From contig CAWINB010000001.1 of the NCBI GenBank assembly GCA_963837465.1, positions 437,646-501,645 on the forward strand: a stretch of DNA of 64,000 bases, read 5' to 3'. Position numbers and translations under genes: made by a program. The DNA comes from Candidatus Doudnabacteria bacterium (GTDB taxonomy: Bacteria; Patescibacteriota; Doudnabacteria; UBA920). Below are positions 1 through 9,164 of this stretch, piece by piece. Position 1 is the first letter of the stretch. Each line of letters opens with the position of its first letter. The notes below the pieces were generated by a model that worked only from the letters and a program-made list of their open reading frames with translations, had not been told where the DNA came from and made no database searches.

Positions 1-14
1 GAGAAAAAACGCGT

Positions 15-479
15 ATGACGACGAAACGAGCAACCCTCCAGCTGCCAGTTTTGGCAGCCCTCTTGGTTGTAGCGATGATGGCCACCTGCGCTTTCGCGGC
101 TCCGACGATGGCGGCAACGAACGCAGCAATGGCGAACAACTCGGCGACTCTCACTCTCACTAACCCGGCGACCGGTACGGTCGCAACGAACCAAGTCGTT
201 TTCAAAGAAGCGAAGGCTGGATACACCGCGGACATTGTCGCAAACACCAACACCACCGCGGCCAAATCGAGCGTCAAACCTGGAACTTCCACTGCGATGA
301 CCGGCACGTCGCCTGAAATCGTGGGTCAAAACGGTGCACAGTTGAAAACACCCATCGTCGGCGCCGCCTCCACTAACGGCGCCAGCATTACGATGGTATC
401 AACCATCGCCGCCAACCTCACCGTCCGAACTCAACCGATGGACTATGGCGCGGCTCGCACCAATCTGAACGTTTGCTGA
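15..479 (+). CDS. Secreted Ala/Thr-rich hypothetical protein
   Basis: 154-aa ORF; basic N-terminus, hydrophobic core and AFA-A cleavage-like site; GC hairpin plus T-run follows at about 486-555. Confidence 0.7.
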   Translation: MTTKRATLQLPVLAALLVVAMMATCAFAAPTMAATNAAMANNSATLTLTNPATGTVATNQVVFKEAKAGYTADIVANTNTTAAKSSVKPGTSTAMTGTSPEIVGQNGAQLKTPIVGAASTNGASITMVSTIAANLTVRTQPMDYGAARTNLNVC

Positions 480-635
480 TTCGGTCCGGCACGCACAATT
501 AGGAATTCGGCCTTCCAAAAGTCGTTTTCCCAAGGGTGCGTGTCGGTACCCTTTTCTAAAATTTATTTTTTCGCCCTAGAGACGGTTTTTTTATTTCTTT
601 ATTTTTATATAGATTCAAATTAATAGGTAATTTTT

Positions 636-669
636 AGCGCCGGGTTGGTGATTACCAGACCGGCGCTTT
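636..669. terminator. Hairpin, probable intrinsic terminator
   Basis: AGCGCCGG...CCGGCGCT stem between converging ORFs. Confidence 0.55.
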
Positions 670-697
670 GTTTGTCGGAAATAATTTTGGGGCGGGA

Positions 698-847
698 TTA
701 GGGCGGGGTTTTTTGCTTTTTGGGGAAACGTAAAAGGTGAAAAAGATCCCATATGGGCTCAAGTACAAACTTCATAAAAACGCCCACGACCCACAGCAAC
801 GCATCCATCACCGCCGCAAAGACTACTTCAAAACTTACTTTTTTCAT
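698..847 (-). CDS. Small membrane protein, 49 aa (not in ORF track)
   Basis: Manual translation MKKVSFEVVFAAVMDALLWVVGVFMKFVLEPIWDLFHLLRFPKKQKTPP; GGGGAA upstream of ATG. Confidence 0.5.
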   Translation of the reverse strand: MKKVSFEVVFAAVMDALLWVVGVFMKFVLEPIWDLFHLLRFPKKQKTPP

Positions 848-880
848 AATTATTCCCCCATTTTTTTTCCGATAAAAATC

Positions 881-945
881 TGTAGTTAGCCCGATTTTCT
901 GGGGCTGTCCAAATATTTTAACAGCTGATAAATCAGCTAACTACA
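881..945. repeat. GTAG-type REP doublet (REPIN-like), intergenic
   Basis: TGTAGTTAGCCCG...CAGCTGATAAATCAGCTAACTACA; same family recurs at 1339, 4373, 8668, 11231, 13522. Confidence 0.85.
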
Positions 946-958
946 TTATTACAAAAAA

Positions 959-987
959 TTGACCTAAGGGTATTTTCCTGTTAAACT
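959..987 (+). promoter_or_regulatory. Sigma70-type promoter of the pur operon
   Basis: TTGACC-N17-TAAACT. Confidence 0.6.
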
Positions 988-1092
988 GCGGGTGAGGAAA
1001 CCACGGATACACAGATTAAAAAATAGATAGTGCGGATACTCATTTAAGCCTCCCAAATCCAAAATTATTTTCAGGGAGTTTTTTGTTTTTAG

Positions 1093-1123
1093 GTTAATTG
1101 TTAATTGTTAATTGTTAATTGTT
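1093..1123 (+). repeat. Heptamer tandem repeat (GTTAATT)x4
   Basis: Directly visible just upstream of the purL ATG. Confidence 0.9.
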
Positions 1124-1126
1124 GTT

Positions 1127-4100
1127 ATGCTTAGGTTATACGTCCAATCAACTATCCCCGATGCCCGGGCCGAGGTTAAAAAAAAGCAGTTTAGCGCCTT
1201 GGGAATAAAAAGCAAAATAGGAATGGTGTGTCTGGCGGATTGTTATACTATTGATTGTGCTCTGAATAAAAAACAAACTGAAAAAGCAAAAATTCTGCTG
1301 GCCAATCCCCTGGCGCAGGAAGTTAGCTTGGATGCAGATGTAGTTAGCCGATTTATCGGCTGCCCTGATAAGATAACAGCCCATAAATGGGCTAACTACA
1401 AGGGCCAAGCACAATCGACCTTCTCATACGCTATAGAAATCGGCTTTCTGCCGGGAGTGACGGATAATATTGGGCACACGGCAAAAGAAACGCTGGCCGA
1501 TGGCGCCAAAATCAAATTTAAAGACGGGCAGAATGTTTATTCAAGCGCCGTCTTTTTTGTTTTGTTTAAACCGGAACGCAGCGGGCAAAATCCTCGATCG
1601 CCGATAAATCGGCACGCTACGGCGGATATCCAAAAAATCGCCAACTCGCTTTATAATCCGCTTATCCAAAAAGCTACAATAACATCGGCGGCTGATTTTA
1701 AGCGCCGGGGGGATTTGGATTTTTCCGTGCCTAAAGTTAAATTGTCCGCCAGCAGCAAAGTTAGCAGGGTTAATTTGAATGTTGGGGATGAGGAGCTAAT
1801 TAAGTTGGGAAAGTTGGGCATTCCCGATAGTGTCATTGCGAGGAGGAGTGCCTCCGACGACGAAGCAATCTTATTTAAATCCAGAAAAAAGATTGCCGCG
1901 TCGGCCAGACAAAGCCCCCAACTTCGCCAAGGCTTTGTCGGGCAGGCTGGCCTCCTGGCAATGACACTAAGGCGGGGACCGCTCGCGCTATCCCTGGAAG
2001 AACTTAAAGCCATCCGCGATTATTTTAAGCGCCGCAACAGGCGGCCCACGGACATAGAACTGGAAATGCTGGCCCAGACCTGGAGCGAACACTGCAAGCA
2101 CACTATTTTTAACGATCCCATAGACGAACTAAAAGACGGGCTTTATAAAACTTACATAAAAAAAGCCACGGAAGTTATCCGCAGGCAAAAAACACGCACA
2201 CAGCGGAACAAGGGGAATCCTAGTGCCGCGCTAGGATTCCCCTTGTTGGCAGGCGACTTCTGTGTTTCCGTGTTTACCGACAACGCCGGAGGGATTTCGT
2301 TTGACGAGGATAATATAATTGCCTACAAAGTGGAAACCCACAACACGCCTTCGGCGCTGGACCCGTTTGGCGGCAGCATCACAGGTCTTGTTGGCGTTAA
2401 CCGCGATGCTTTGGGTTTTGGCCTGGGCGCCAAACCAATTGCTAATTTTTACGGTTTTTGCCTGGCGGATCCGAATGATAAAGCAGAATTGTACAGGGAT
2501 AAAAATTTACGGCAGCCGATGCTGTCCAGCCGCCGCATTATGGACGGCGTTATTGCGGGCATTAATTCCGGCGGCAACCAAAGCGGCATCCCCACGCCTT
2601 TGGGTTTTTTATATTTTGATGACAGGTTCCGCGGCAAGCCGTTGGTATTTGCCGGCACCCTGGGCTTAATCCCAAAAAAAATCGGCAACAGGCTGGGCCA
2701 TGTAAAAAAGGCGCGGCCCGGGGACTTAATAGTTACAGTCGGCGGCCGCGTGGGAGCCGACGGCATCCACGGCGCAACTTTTTCTTCCGAAGGGTTGTCA
2801 GAACACAGCCCGGCCACGGCCGTACAGATTGGCGACCCGATTACCCAAAAAAAATTCAGCGATGCCATTTGCAAAGAAATACGGGATATGAACTTATACA
2901 ACAGCATTACCGACTGCGGCGCCGGCGGTTTGTCTTCGGCCGTGGGCGAAACGGCTGAACAGGCAGGCGGTTGCGAAGTGTATCTTGACAAAGTTCCTTT
3001 AAAATATCCCGGACTTGCCCCGTGGCAAATCTGGATTTCCGAAAGCCAGGAAAGGATGGTTTTGGCCGTGCCGCCCGCCAAGTGGAAAAAATTTGAAAAA
3101 CTGATGGAAGCGCGGGGCGTGGAGGCGGCTGCAATCGGAAAATTTACAGCCGGCGGAAACTGCGTTGTAAAATACGGCGGCAAAACTATTTTGGATATTA
3201 AAATGGATTTTCTGCGCAACGGCCGGCCGAAAAAACATCTAAAAACCGAAAAACCAACATCGACAAAAATCAATCATGTCCGAAAATTGGAAATTGGAAA
3301 TTGGAAATTGGAAATCCTGCGCCTTCTTGCTTCTGCCAACATCACCTCCTCCGAATTCGTTTCCACCCAATACGACCACGAAGTCCAGGGGGGCAGCGCG
3401 CTTAAACCTTTGCAGGGCGCGGGGCGGGTAAACGGCGAGGCTTCTGTAATCCGCCCACTTTTAAATTCCCAAAAAGGCGTGGTGCTTTCTTACGGTTTGG
3501 CGCCGGAGCTTTCGGAAGTCAACCCGTACGCTATGGCCGGAGCTTCCATAGACAGCGCCATCCGTGCCGCCGTGGCCGCCGGAGCCAATGTGGATTATCT
3601 GGCTTTACTGGATAATTTTTGCTGGTGCAGTCCGGACGACCGGCGGCGTTTATGGCAACTTAAGGAAGCCGCGCGCGCCTGTTATGATTTTGCCGTGGCT
3701 TTTGGCACTCCTTTTATTTCCGGCAAAGATAGTATGTATAACGATTTTAAAGGATTTTCGGCTGACGGACAGCCGCTGAAAATTTCCATCCCTCCCACTC
3801 TGCTGATTTCGGCCGTGGGCGTAATTCCCGACGTTACAAAAGCCATATCTTTAGACGCCAAGCTTCCCGGCGACCTGATTTATATTTTAGGAGATACGGA
3901 TGATGATTTAAAAAACGGCAATGTAGTGCAGGCCCGTGGCCTGGCTCCCGCCTATGTCAACGCCCAAAAAAACCTGTCCCTCTACCGCGCCTTTTATAAA
4001 GCCGCCCAAAAAAACTTAATTGCCTCGGCAATTTCCATAAACCGCGGCGGCATGGCTATTGCTTTAGCTAAAAACCTAATTGGCGGCAATTTAGGCGCGG

Positions 4101-4366
4101 AAATAGGTTTAAAAAAAATTCCCGGTAATTGGCAGGAAAATAGCCGCGCTTTATTTAGTGAAAGCCAGGGCCGGATATTAGCGGGCATTAATCCAAAAAA
4201 ATCGGCGGAATTTGAAAAAATAATGCGGGGGAATATTTTTGCCAAAATCGGCCACATAACAGCACGAACGAATTTAAACATTATCGATAAGTCCGGCAAA
4301 AAAGTCGTACAAATTAAAACTTCCGACATGACTCGGGCTTACAAATCTACTTTTAAGAACTATTGA
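1127..4366 (+). CDS. purL: Phosphoribosylformylglycinamidine synthase, PurS-like domains fused to PurL, with several in-frame repeat insertions
   Basis: Motifs QTWSEHCKH, KVETHNTPS, DCGAGG, SESQERM, ISGKDS; N-terminal PGVTDN; ATG at 1127 preferred over TTG 1112. Confidence 0.95.
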   Translation: MLRLYVQSTIPDARAEVKKKQFSALGIKSKIGMVCLADCYTIDCALNKKQTEKAKILLANPLAQEVSLDADVVSRFIGCPDKITAHKWANYKGQAQSTFSYAIEIGFLPGVTDNIGHTAKETLADGAKIKFKDGQNVYSSAVFFVLFKPERSGQNPRSPINRHATADIQKIANSLYNPLIQKATITSAADFKRRGDLDFSVPKVKLSASSKVSRVNLNVGDEELIKLGKLGIPDSVIARRSASDDEAILFKSRKKIAASARQSPQLRQGFVGQAGLLAMTLRRGPLALSLEELKAIRDYFKRRNRRPTDIELEMLAQTWSEHCKHTIFNDPIDELKDGLYKTYIKKATEVIRRQKTRTQRNKGNPSAALGFPLLAGDFCVSVFTDNAGGISFDEDNIIAYKVETHNTPSALDPFGGSITGLVGVNRDALGFGLGAKPIANFYGFCLADPNDKAELYRDKNLRQPMLSSRRIMDGVIAGINSGGNQSGIPTPLGFLYFDDRFRGKPLVFAGTLGLIPKKIGNRLGHVKKARPGDLIVTVGGRVGADGIHGATFSSEGLSEHSPATAVQIGDPITQKKFSDAICKEIRDMNLYNSITDCGAGGLSSAVGETAEQAGGCEVYLDKVPLKYPGLAPWQIWISESQERMVLAVPPAKWKKFEKLMEARGVEAAAIGKFTAGGNCVVKYGGKTILDIKMDFLRNGRPKKHLKTEKPTSTKINHVRKLEIGNWKLEILRLLASANITSSEFVSTQYDHEVQGGSALKPLQGAGRVNGEASVIRPLLNSQKGVVLSYGLAPELSEVNPYAMAGASIDSAIRAAVAAGANVDYLALLDNFCWCSPDDRRRLWQLKEAARACYDFAVAFGTPFISGKDSMYNDFKGFSADGQPLKISIPPTLLISAVGVIPDVTKAISLDAKLPGDLIYILGDTDDDLKNGNVVQARGLAPAYVNAQKNLSLYRAFYKAAQKNLIASAISINRGGMAIALAKNLIGGNLGAEIGLKKIPGNWQENSRALFSESQGRILAGINPKKSAEFEKIMRGNIFAKIGHITARTNLNIIDKSGKKVVQIKTSDMTRAYKSTFKNY
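1339..1400. repeat. REP doublet in-frame inside purL
   Basis: TGTAGTTAGCCGATTTATCGGCTG...CAGCCCATAAATGGGCTAACTACA, translated VVSRFIGCPDKITAHKWANY. Confidence 0.9.
1829..1968. repeat. GTCATTGC...GCAATGAC palindromic element in-frame inside purL
   Basis: Terminal inverted repeat AGTGTCATTGC/GCAATGACACT with internal GCAATCTT/AAGATTGC; translated VIARRS...LLAMT. Confidence 0.8.
2207..2247. repeat. Near-perfect hairpin in-frame inside purL
   Basis: AACAAGGGGAATCCTAG tgccgcg CTAGGATTCCCCTTGTT. Confidence 0.85.
3282..3315 (+). repeat. Heptamer tandem repeat (AAATTGG)x4 in-frame inside purL
   Basis: Encodes KLEIGNWKLEI. Confidence 0.85.
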
Positions 4367-4372
4367 TAGCAT

Positions 4373-4431
4373 GTAGTTAGCCGATTTATCGGCTGTTATA
4401 AAAATTGACAGCCCATAAATGGGCTAACTAC
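4373..4431. repeat. REP doublet, purL-purQ intergenic
   Basis: GTAGTTAGCCGATTTATCGGCTG...CAGCCCATAAATGGGCTAACTAC. Confidence 0.9.
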
Positions 4432-4445
4432 GCTCAAATATTCTT

Positions 4446-5228
4446 ATGCTGAACCCCCCAAAAATCCTCATCCTCTCCGGCTACGGCCTCAACTGCGAAC
4501 AGGAAACCGCGTTGGCTTTTAATTTGTCCGGCGGGGCTTCGGATATTGTCCATATAAACGATCTAATTGCCGCGCCAAAAAAACTCGCGCGATACCAAAT
4601 CCTGGCAATTCCCGGAGGCTTTTCCTACGGCGATGATTTGGGATCAGGCCGCGCTTACGCCAATAAATTAAACAGCCATTTAAAACAACAGTTGGCGGAT
4701 TTTGCTTCCAAAGACAAACTGGTCATGGGCATTTGCAACGGCTTCCAAATTTTAACCAACCTCGGGCTGCTGCCCGGCGTCCTGACTTTTAACGACAACT
4801 ACCGCTACACCGACCGCTGGGTGGATGTGTCAAGGGTGACCCTTGACACTAGCCCCTGGCTGAAAGGCATTAAAACGCTTTCTTTGCCCATAGCCCACGG
4901 TGAAGGCAAATTCGCGGCCGACGCGAAAACCCTCAAATCCATCCAACAACAAAATATGATTGGTGCTGTATACTATAAGGGTGACGTTTGCGGCTACCAA
5001 AGCCTGCCTCCGAATCCCAACGGCTCTATGCTGGACATAGCTATGCTGACATCGGCAAACGGAAAAATCCTGGGCACTATGCCCCACCCCGAACGCGCCA
5101 TCTTTTTTACCCAAACCCCCGACTGGCCGCTGCAGAAGGAAAAATTAATAAGAGCGGGCAAACTGCTTCCCGAATATGGTCCCGGATTGCAGATTTTTAA
5201 AAATGCCGTGGAATATTTCACCAATTAA
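4446..5228 (+). CDS. purQ: FGAM synthase glutaminase subunit
   Basis: PGGFSYGD, GICNGFQ, AHGEG, NPNGS, MPHPER. Confidence 0.95.
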   Translation: MLNPPKILILSGYGLNCEQETALAFNLSGGASDIVHINDLIAAPKKLARYQILAIPGGFSYGDDLGSGRAYANKLNSHLKQQLADFASKDKLVMGICNGFQILTNLGLLPGVLTFNDNYRYTDRWVDVSRVTLDTSPWLKGIKTLSLPIAHGEGKFAADAKTLKSIQQQNMIGAVYYKGDVCGYQSLPPNPNGSMLDIAMLTSANGKILGTMPHPERAIFFTQTPDWPLQKEKLIRAGKLLPEYGPGLQIFKNAVEYFTN

Positions 5229-5230
5229 GT

Positions 5231-5646
5231 ATGAGAAGCTGTTTAAAAAGTCATTTGGGCCGCAATTCCAGAATGTTTGGCGCCTTGCCGGAAAAAATTT
5301 TTCCGCTTAGCTTTAGGCTAAACGTCAAAATTTGTTTCCGTCAATCCGCGCAAAATTCTGTAATTTCGCCTACAAAGCACTTTTTAAACATCTTCTGAGA
5401 GAATCTGACCTTATTGAGCGATATGAAGAAAACATAATGCTAGGACTGTGCGATCAAGCCAGCCACACTGGTTTTATGGATGCCTGTACAAATTTTCCAA
5501 AAAACGACCAATACGCCCAATCAATAGTTACTAGAAAAATTAGTATAACAGAGAAAGATAGGCTCATATTGTCCCAGGCGTACCAAGATGGTTACGCAAG
5601 AGGATTAATTAAAAAAGCAAGAATCGACAATGAACGACTTAAATGA
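5231..5646 (+). pseudogene. Small hypothetical gene (about 83 aa) interrupted at its start codon by a MITE
   Basis: Removing 5235-5398 restores ATG AGA GAA TCT... (MRESDLIERYEEN...). Confidence 0.6.
5235..5395 (+). mobile_element. 161-bp MITE copy 1
   Basis: TIRs GAAGCTGTTTAAAAAGT / ACTTTTTAAACATCTTC; TGA target duplication; near-identical copies at 26685 and 34507. Confidence 0.9.
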
Positions 5647-7051
5647 AAAATGCGGAGTCTTTGGGATTTTTGGTAAGAACTTGGACGTCAGCCGTCTGAC
5701 TTTTTACGGTTTGTTCGCGCTGCAGCATCGGGGTTAGGAGTCATCGGGAATTGCCGTGTCCGATGGCAACCATATGGATGCTTACAAAAATATGGGTTTG
5801 GTAACACAGGTTTACAAAGAAGAAACCATTCAAAACCTTAAAGGGCATATTGCCATTGGCCACAATCGATATTCTACATCCGAAGGCTCGCACATCAAAC
5901 ACGCCCAACCAATAGTCATAAACAACCAACTGGCCCTGGCGCACAACGGCAATTTGCCATCGGTAAAAGCTTTAAAAGAATTTTTGGAAGCCAAGGATAT
6001 CGCCACAAATGACTGCAGTGATTCCGAGCTGATGGCAAAAGCGCTGGGTTATTATTTGGAACATGGCAACTCCATTAAAGACGCGGTTATAAAAGCTTAT
6101 CCGCTTTTTACCGGCGCTTTTTGTTTGACAATTTTAACCAAAGATTGTTTGGTGGCCGTAAGGGATACTTATGGCGTGCGACCGCTTTCCCTTGGCAAAA
6201 TAAATGGCGACGCGACTGTTGTAGCTTCGGAAACCTGCGCTTTCCACACCGTGGGCGCGGAATTTACGCGCGAAGTCCAGCCGGGTGAAATGGTTATTGT
6301 CAGCGACAAGGGAATTGAATCGGTGCAGATAGAACCGTCCCAAACCAAACTGGATATTTTTGAATTTGTTTATTTCGCGCGGCCCGACAGCCAAATTCTG
6401 GGCAAATCCGTTTACCAGGTCCGGCGCGACTCCGGCATCCAGCTGGCCAGGGAATGCCCCATTGATGCCGACATAATCGTACCCGTGCCGGAAACCGCGC
6501 TGCCGGTTGCCACCGGCTACAGCAAGCAAAGCGGCATTCCCATGGAAATGGCTTTGGTAAAAAACCGCTACATCCACCGCACTTTCATCCAGCCCGAACA
6601 GCACAGCCGCGACCTGGGGGTAAAATTAAAGCTCACTCCCCTGCCCGAAATTTTATCCGGCAAAAAAATTGTGGTAATGGACGACTCTATTGTAAGGGGC
6701 ACCACCTCGCGTCAATTGGTAAAAATGTTGTTTGAGGCGGGATGCGAGGAAGTCCATATGCTCATAAGTTCGCCGCCGGTAAAATTTCCGGACTTTTACG
6801 GCATAGACACGCCCAAGCAAAAAGATTTAATCGCCGCGCGTAAAACCGTGGAAGAAATCAGGATGTATTTGGGCGCGACTTCGCTTTACTTTTTATCTTT
6901 AAAAGGCTTAATAGAAGCCACCGGACTTTCCGAAGATGTTTTTTGCACCTCCTGCTTCACCGGAAAATATCCCATAGATTTACTGGAACGCGAGACTGAA
7001 GTTCAGCAGCCGACATACGCGGAAATTAAATCTCCGGGCGCTTTATTTTAA
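5630..7051 (+). CDS. purF: Amidophosphoribosyltransferase with in-frame TAG at codon 36 (possible pseudogene)
   Basis: [12 protein letters not shown] propeptide and catalytic Cys, [27 protein letters not shown]; the ORF track only shows 5756-7051. Confidence 0.92.
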
Positions 7052-7061
7052 CTTAAAAGCG

Positions 7062-7105
7062 CCATCCCGGAATTTTAAGGGCTGTTAAAATATCCAGGAT
7101 CCAGA
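7062..7105 (+). repeat. CCATCCCGGA...GGATCCAG palindromic element
   Basis: Reverse-complement homolog at 15164-15209. Confidence 0.7.
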
Positions 7106-7127
7106 ACCATACAACATAGTTATAAAT

Positions 7128-7724
7128 ATGCAAATTGTAATCCTAATTTCCAACGCCGGAACCGGCACTAATTTGCAGGCTATCATTAACGGCATTGGGG
7201 CCGGCCAAATAAAAGCCCGAATCGCGGCGGTGATTTGCGACAAAGCCGGCGCGCCGGGACTGGAGCGCGCTGAAAAAAGTAATTTACCCGCAAAAATTTG
7301 CCCGAAAAAAGAGGAATTGCTGCCGCTGCTAAAAAAACTTAATCCCGATTACATTTGCCTGGCCGGCTGGAAACAAATAATTCTGGACGAAGTTATTTTG
7401 GCTTTTCCAAACAAAATTTTAAATCTGCATCCGGGCTTAATTCCCGACAGAGCCGATGGTAGCGTAAAAAATCCCGACGGCACAGAGGGGCTTTGGAACA
7501 AAGGCATGTTGACCACAAAAGCTATTCAAAATTTCTTGGACCAAAAGGCCACGTTCGCCGGCTCATCCATCCATTTTTTATCTCTGGAATTTGATTTTGG
7601 CCCGGTGCTGGGCAGGTGTTTTGAAAAAATTGCGGCTGGCGATACGGTTGATGATTTGTATAAAAGACTGAAGGAAAAAGAAAACCGGTTGTACGTGGAA
7701 GTTTTAACAAAGCTTAACGGGTGA
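7128..7724 (+). CDS. purN: Phosphoribosylglycinamide formyltransferase
   Basis: GTNLQAI, LAGW, NLHP, HF..D.GP motifs. Confidence 0.9.
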   Translation: MQIVILISNAGTGTNLQAIINGIGAGQIKARIAAVICDKAGAPGLERAEKSNLPAKICPKKEELLPLLKKLNPDYICLAGWKQIILDEVILAFPNKILNLHPGLIPDRADGSVKNPDGTEGLWNKGMLTTKAIQNFLDQKATFAGSSIHFLSLEFDFGPVLGRCFEKIAAGDTVDDLYKRLKEKENRLYVEVLTKLNG

Positions 7725-7757
7725 TAATTTTGTCAATTTCTTAATTTTTGTTCAATT

Positions 7758-9164
7758 ATGGCAAATATTCTTGTCATCGGCTCGGGAGGGCGCGAACACG
7801 CTTTGGCGTGGAAGCTTAAGCAGTCGCCCAAGGTCGGCAAAATTTTTGCGGCGCCGGGGAACGGCGGCAGTTCTTTGCTGGCGGAAAATGTGGAGATTAA
7901 AGCTACAGACGTTTTGGCTTTGGCCGACTGGGCGGAAAACAATAAAATTGATTTTACGGTGGTCGGGCCGGATGACGCCCTGGCTTTGGGTATTGTGGAT
8001 GAATTCCAAAAAAGAGGCCTTAAAATTTGGGGGCCGGGCAAAGCCGCGGCTAAAATTGAATCCAGTAAGGCTTTTGCCAAAAAGCTGATGGAAGAAAATG
8101 ATATTCCGACGGCGGAGTTTAAGGTTTTTAATGATTACGGTCAAGCATTGTTATACGTTCAAAGCCATTTCCAAGGTAGCGTGCCCATCGCGTATCAAAG
8201 TATGGGACAAGCTTATGGGCGTCCTAGTTCGCCCATAAATGGGCACGCTACAAGACCCGTTGTCATCAAAGCCTCGGGCCTGGCCTTGGGCAAAGGCGTT
8301 GCCGTGTGCGAAACCTTGGACGAGGCCAAAAACTTTTTGCAAGACGTTATGGTCAATAAAATTTTCGGCGACTCCGGAAGTGAAGTCGTCATAGAAGAAT
8401 TTTTACAGGGCCGGGAATTTTCCGTCCACGCTTTTTGCGACGGCAAAAACTTTAAGCTTTTTCCGTCGGCGCAGGATCATAAAACCATTTACGACAATGA
8501 CCAAGGCCCCAACACCGGCGGTATGGGCGCCATTGCTCCGGTGCCGTGGGTTACAAATGACCTGATGAAACAAGTATCGTCGGAGATTGTAAAACCCGCG
8601 CTGGAAGGTTTAAAAAATCTGGGCTCGCCGTTTGTGGGGTTATTATATCCGGGATTGATGGCAATAACAGCCGATAAATCGGCTAACTACGCGGCTTTTG
8701 TAGTCAGCCCATTTATGGGCTCAATCAAAATTATAGAATTCAACGCCCGTTTCGGCGACCCCGAAACCCAAAGCTATATGCGCCTGCTGAAAACAGATCT
8801 TTACGATATTTTAGAAGCCTGCGTCAACGGCAGTTTGGACAAAATCAATATTGAGTGGTCAAAAAAGTCGGCCTGCTGCATAGTTTTAGCCAGCGGCGGC
8901 TACCCCGGCGAATACAAAAAAGGTTTGCCCATTACGGGAATTGCGGACGCGGAAAAAATGGATGATATCATAATTTTCCACGCCGGAACGGCAATCAAAG
9001 ATGGTCAATTAGTTACCAACGGTGGCCGCGTTTTAGGAGTCACGGCAATTGCAGATGATTTACAGACAGCGCTCAACAAAGCCTACACAGCCATCAAGCT
9101 AATCAATTTTAAAGGAATGCGATACAGAAGCGATATCGGGCAAAAAACTTTAACCTATGTTTGA
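7758..9164 (+). CDS. purD: Phosphoribosylamine-glycine ligase with two in-frame REP insertions
   Basis: GSGGREHAL, GPNTGGMG, EFNARFGDPE, TNGGRVL. Confidence 0.96.
   Translation: MANILVIGSGGREHALAWKLKQSPKVGKIFAAPGNGGSSLLAENVEIKATDVLALADWAENNKIDFTVVGPDDALALGIVDEFQKRGLKIWGPGKAAAKIESSKAFAKKLMEENDIPTAEFKVFNDYGQALLYVQSHFQGSVPIAYQSMGQAYGRPSSPINGHATRPVVIKASGLALGKGVAVCETLDEAKNFLQDVMVNKIFGDSGSEVVIEEFLQGREFSVHAFCDGKNFKLFPSAQDHKTIYDNDQGPNTGGMGAIAPVPWVTNDLMKQVSSEIVKPALEGLKNLGSPFVGLLYPGLMAITADKSANYAAFVVSPFMGSIKIIEFNARFGDPETQSYMRLLKTDLYDILEACVNGSLDKINIEWSKKSACCIVLASGGYPGEYKKGLPITGIADAEKMDDIIIFHAGTAIKDGQLVTNGGRVLGVTAIADDLQTALNKAYTAIKLINFKGMRYRSDIGQKTLTYV
8176..8251. repeat. REP doublet variant in-frame inside purD
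   Basis: GTAGCGTGCCCAT...CGCCCATAAATGGGCACGCTAC. Confidence 0.85.
8668..8721. repeat. Back-to-back REP pair in-frame inside purD
   Basis: CAGCCGATAAATCGGCTAACTAC-N9-GTAGTCAGCCCATTTATGGGCT. Confidence 0.85.

Noticed and set aside
960-1090. Known purine, ZTP or PRPP/ppGpp riboswitch
   Set aside because: Only short chance resemblances; core consensus elements not found by eye
2449-3273. Long antisense ORFs (also 39698-40381 and many others)
   Set aside because: Shadows of well-supported genes on the opposite strand with no recognisable motifs
1127-4366. Intein or self-splicing intron explaining the extra PurL length
   Set aside because: Inserts are short (under about 140 nt) and lack intein terminal motifs or intron cores
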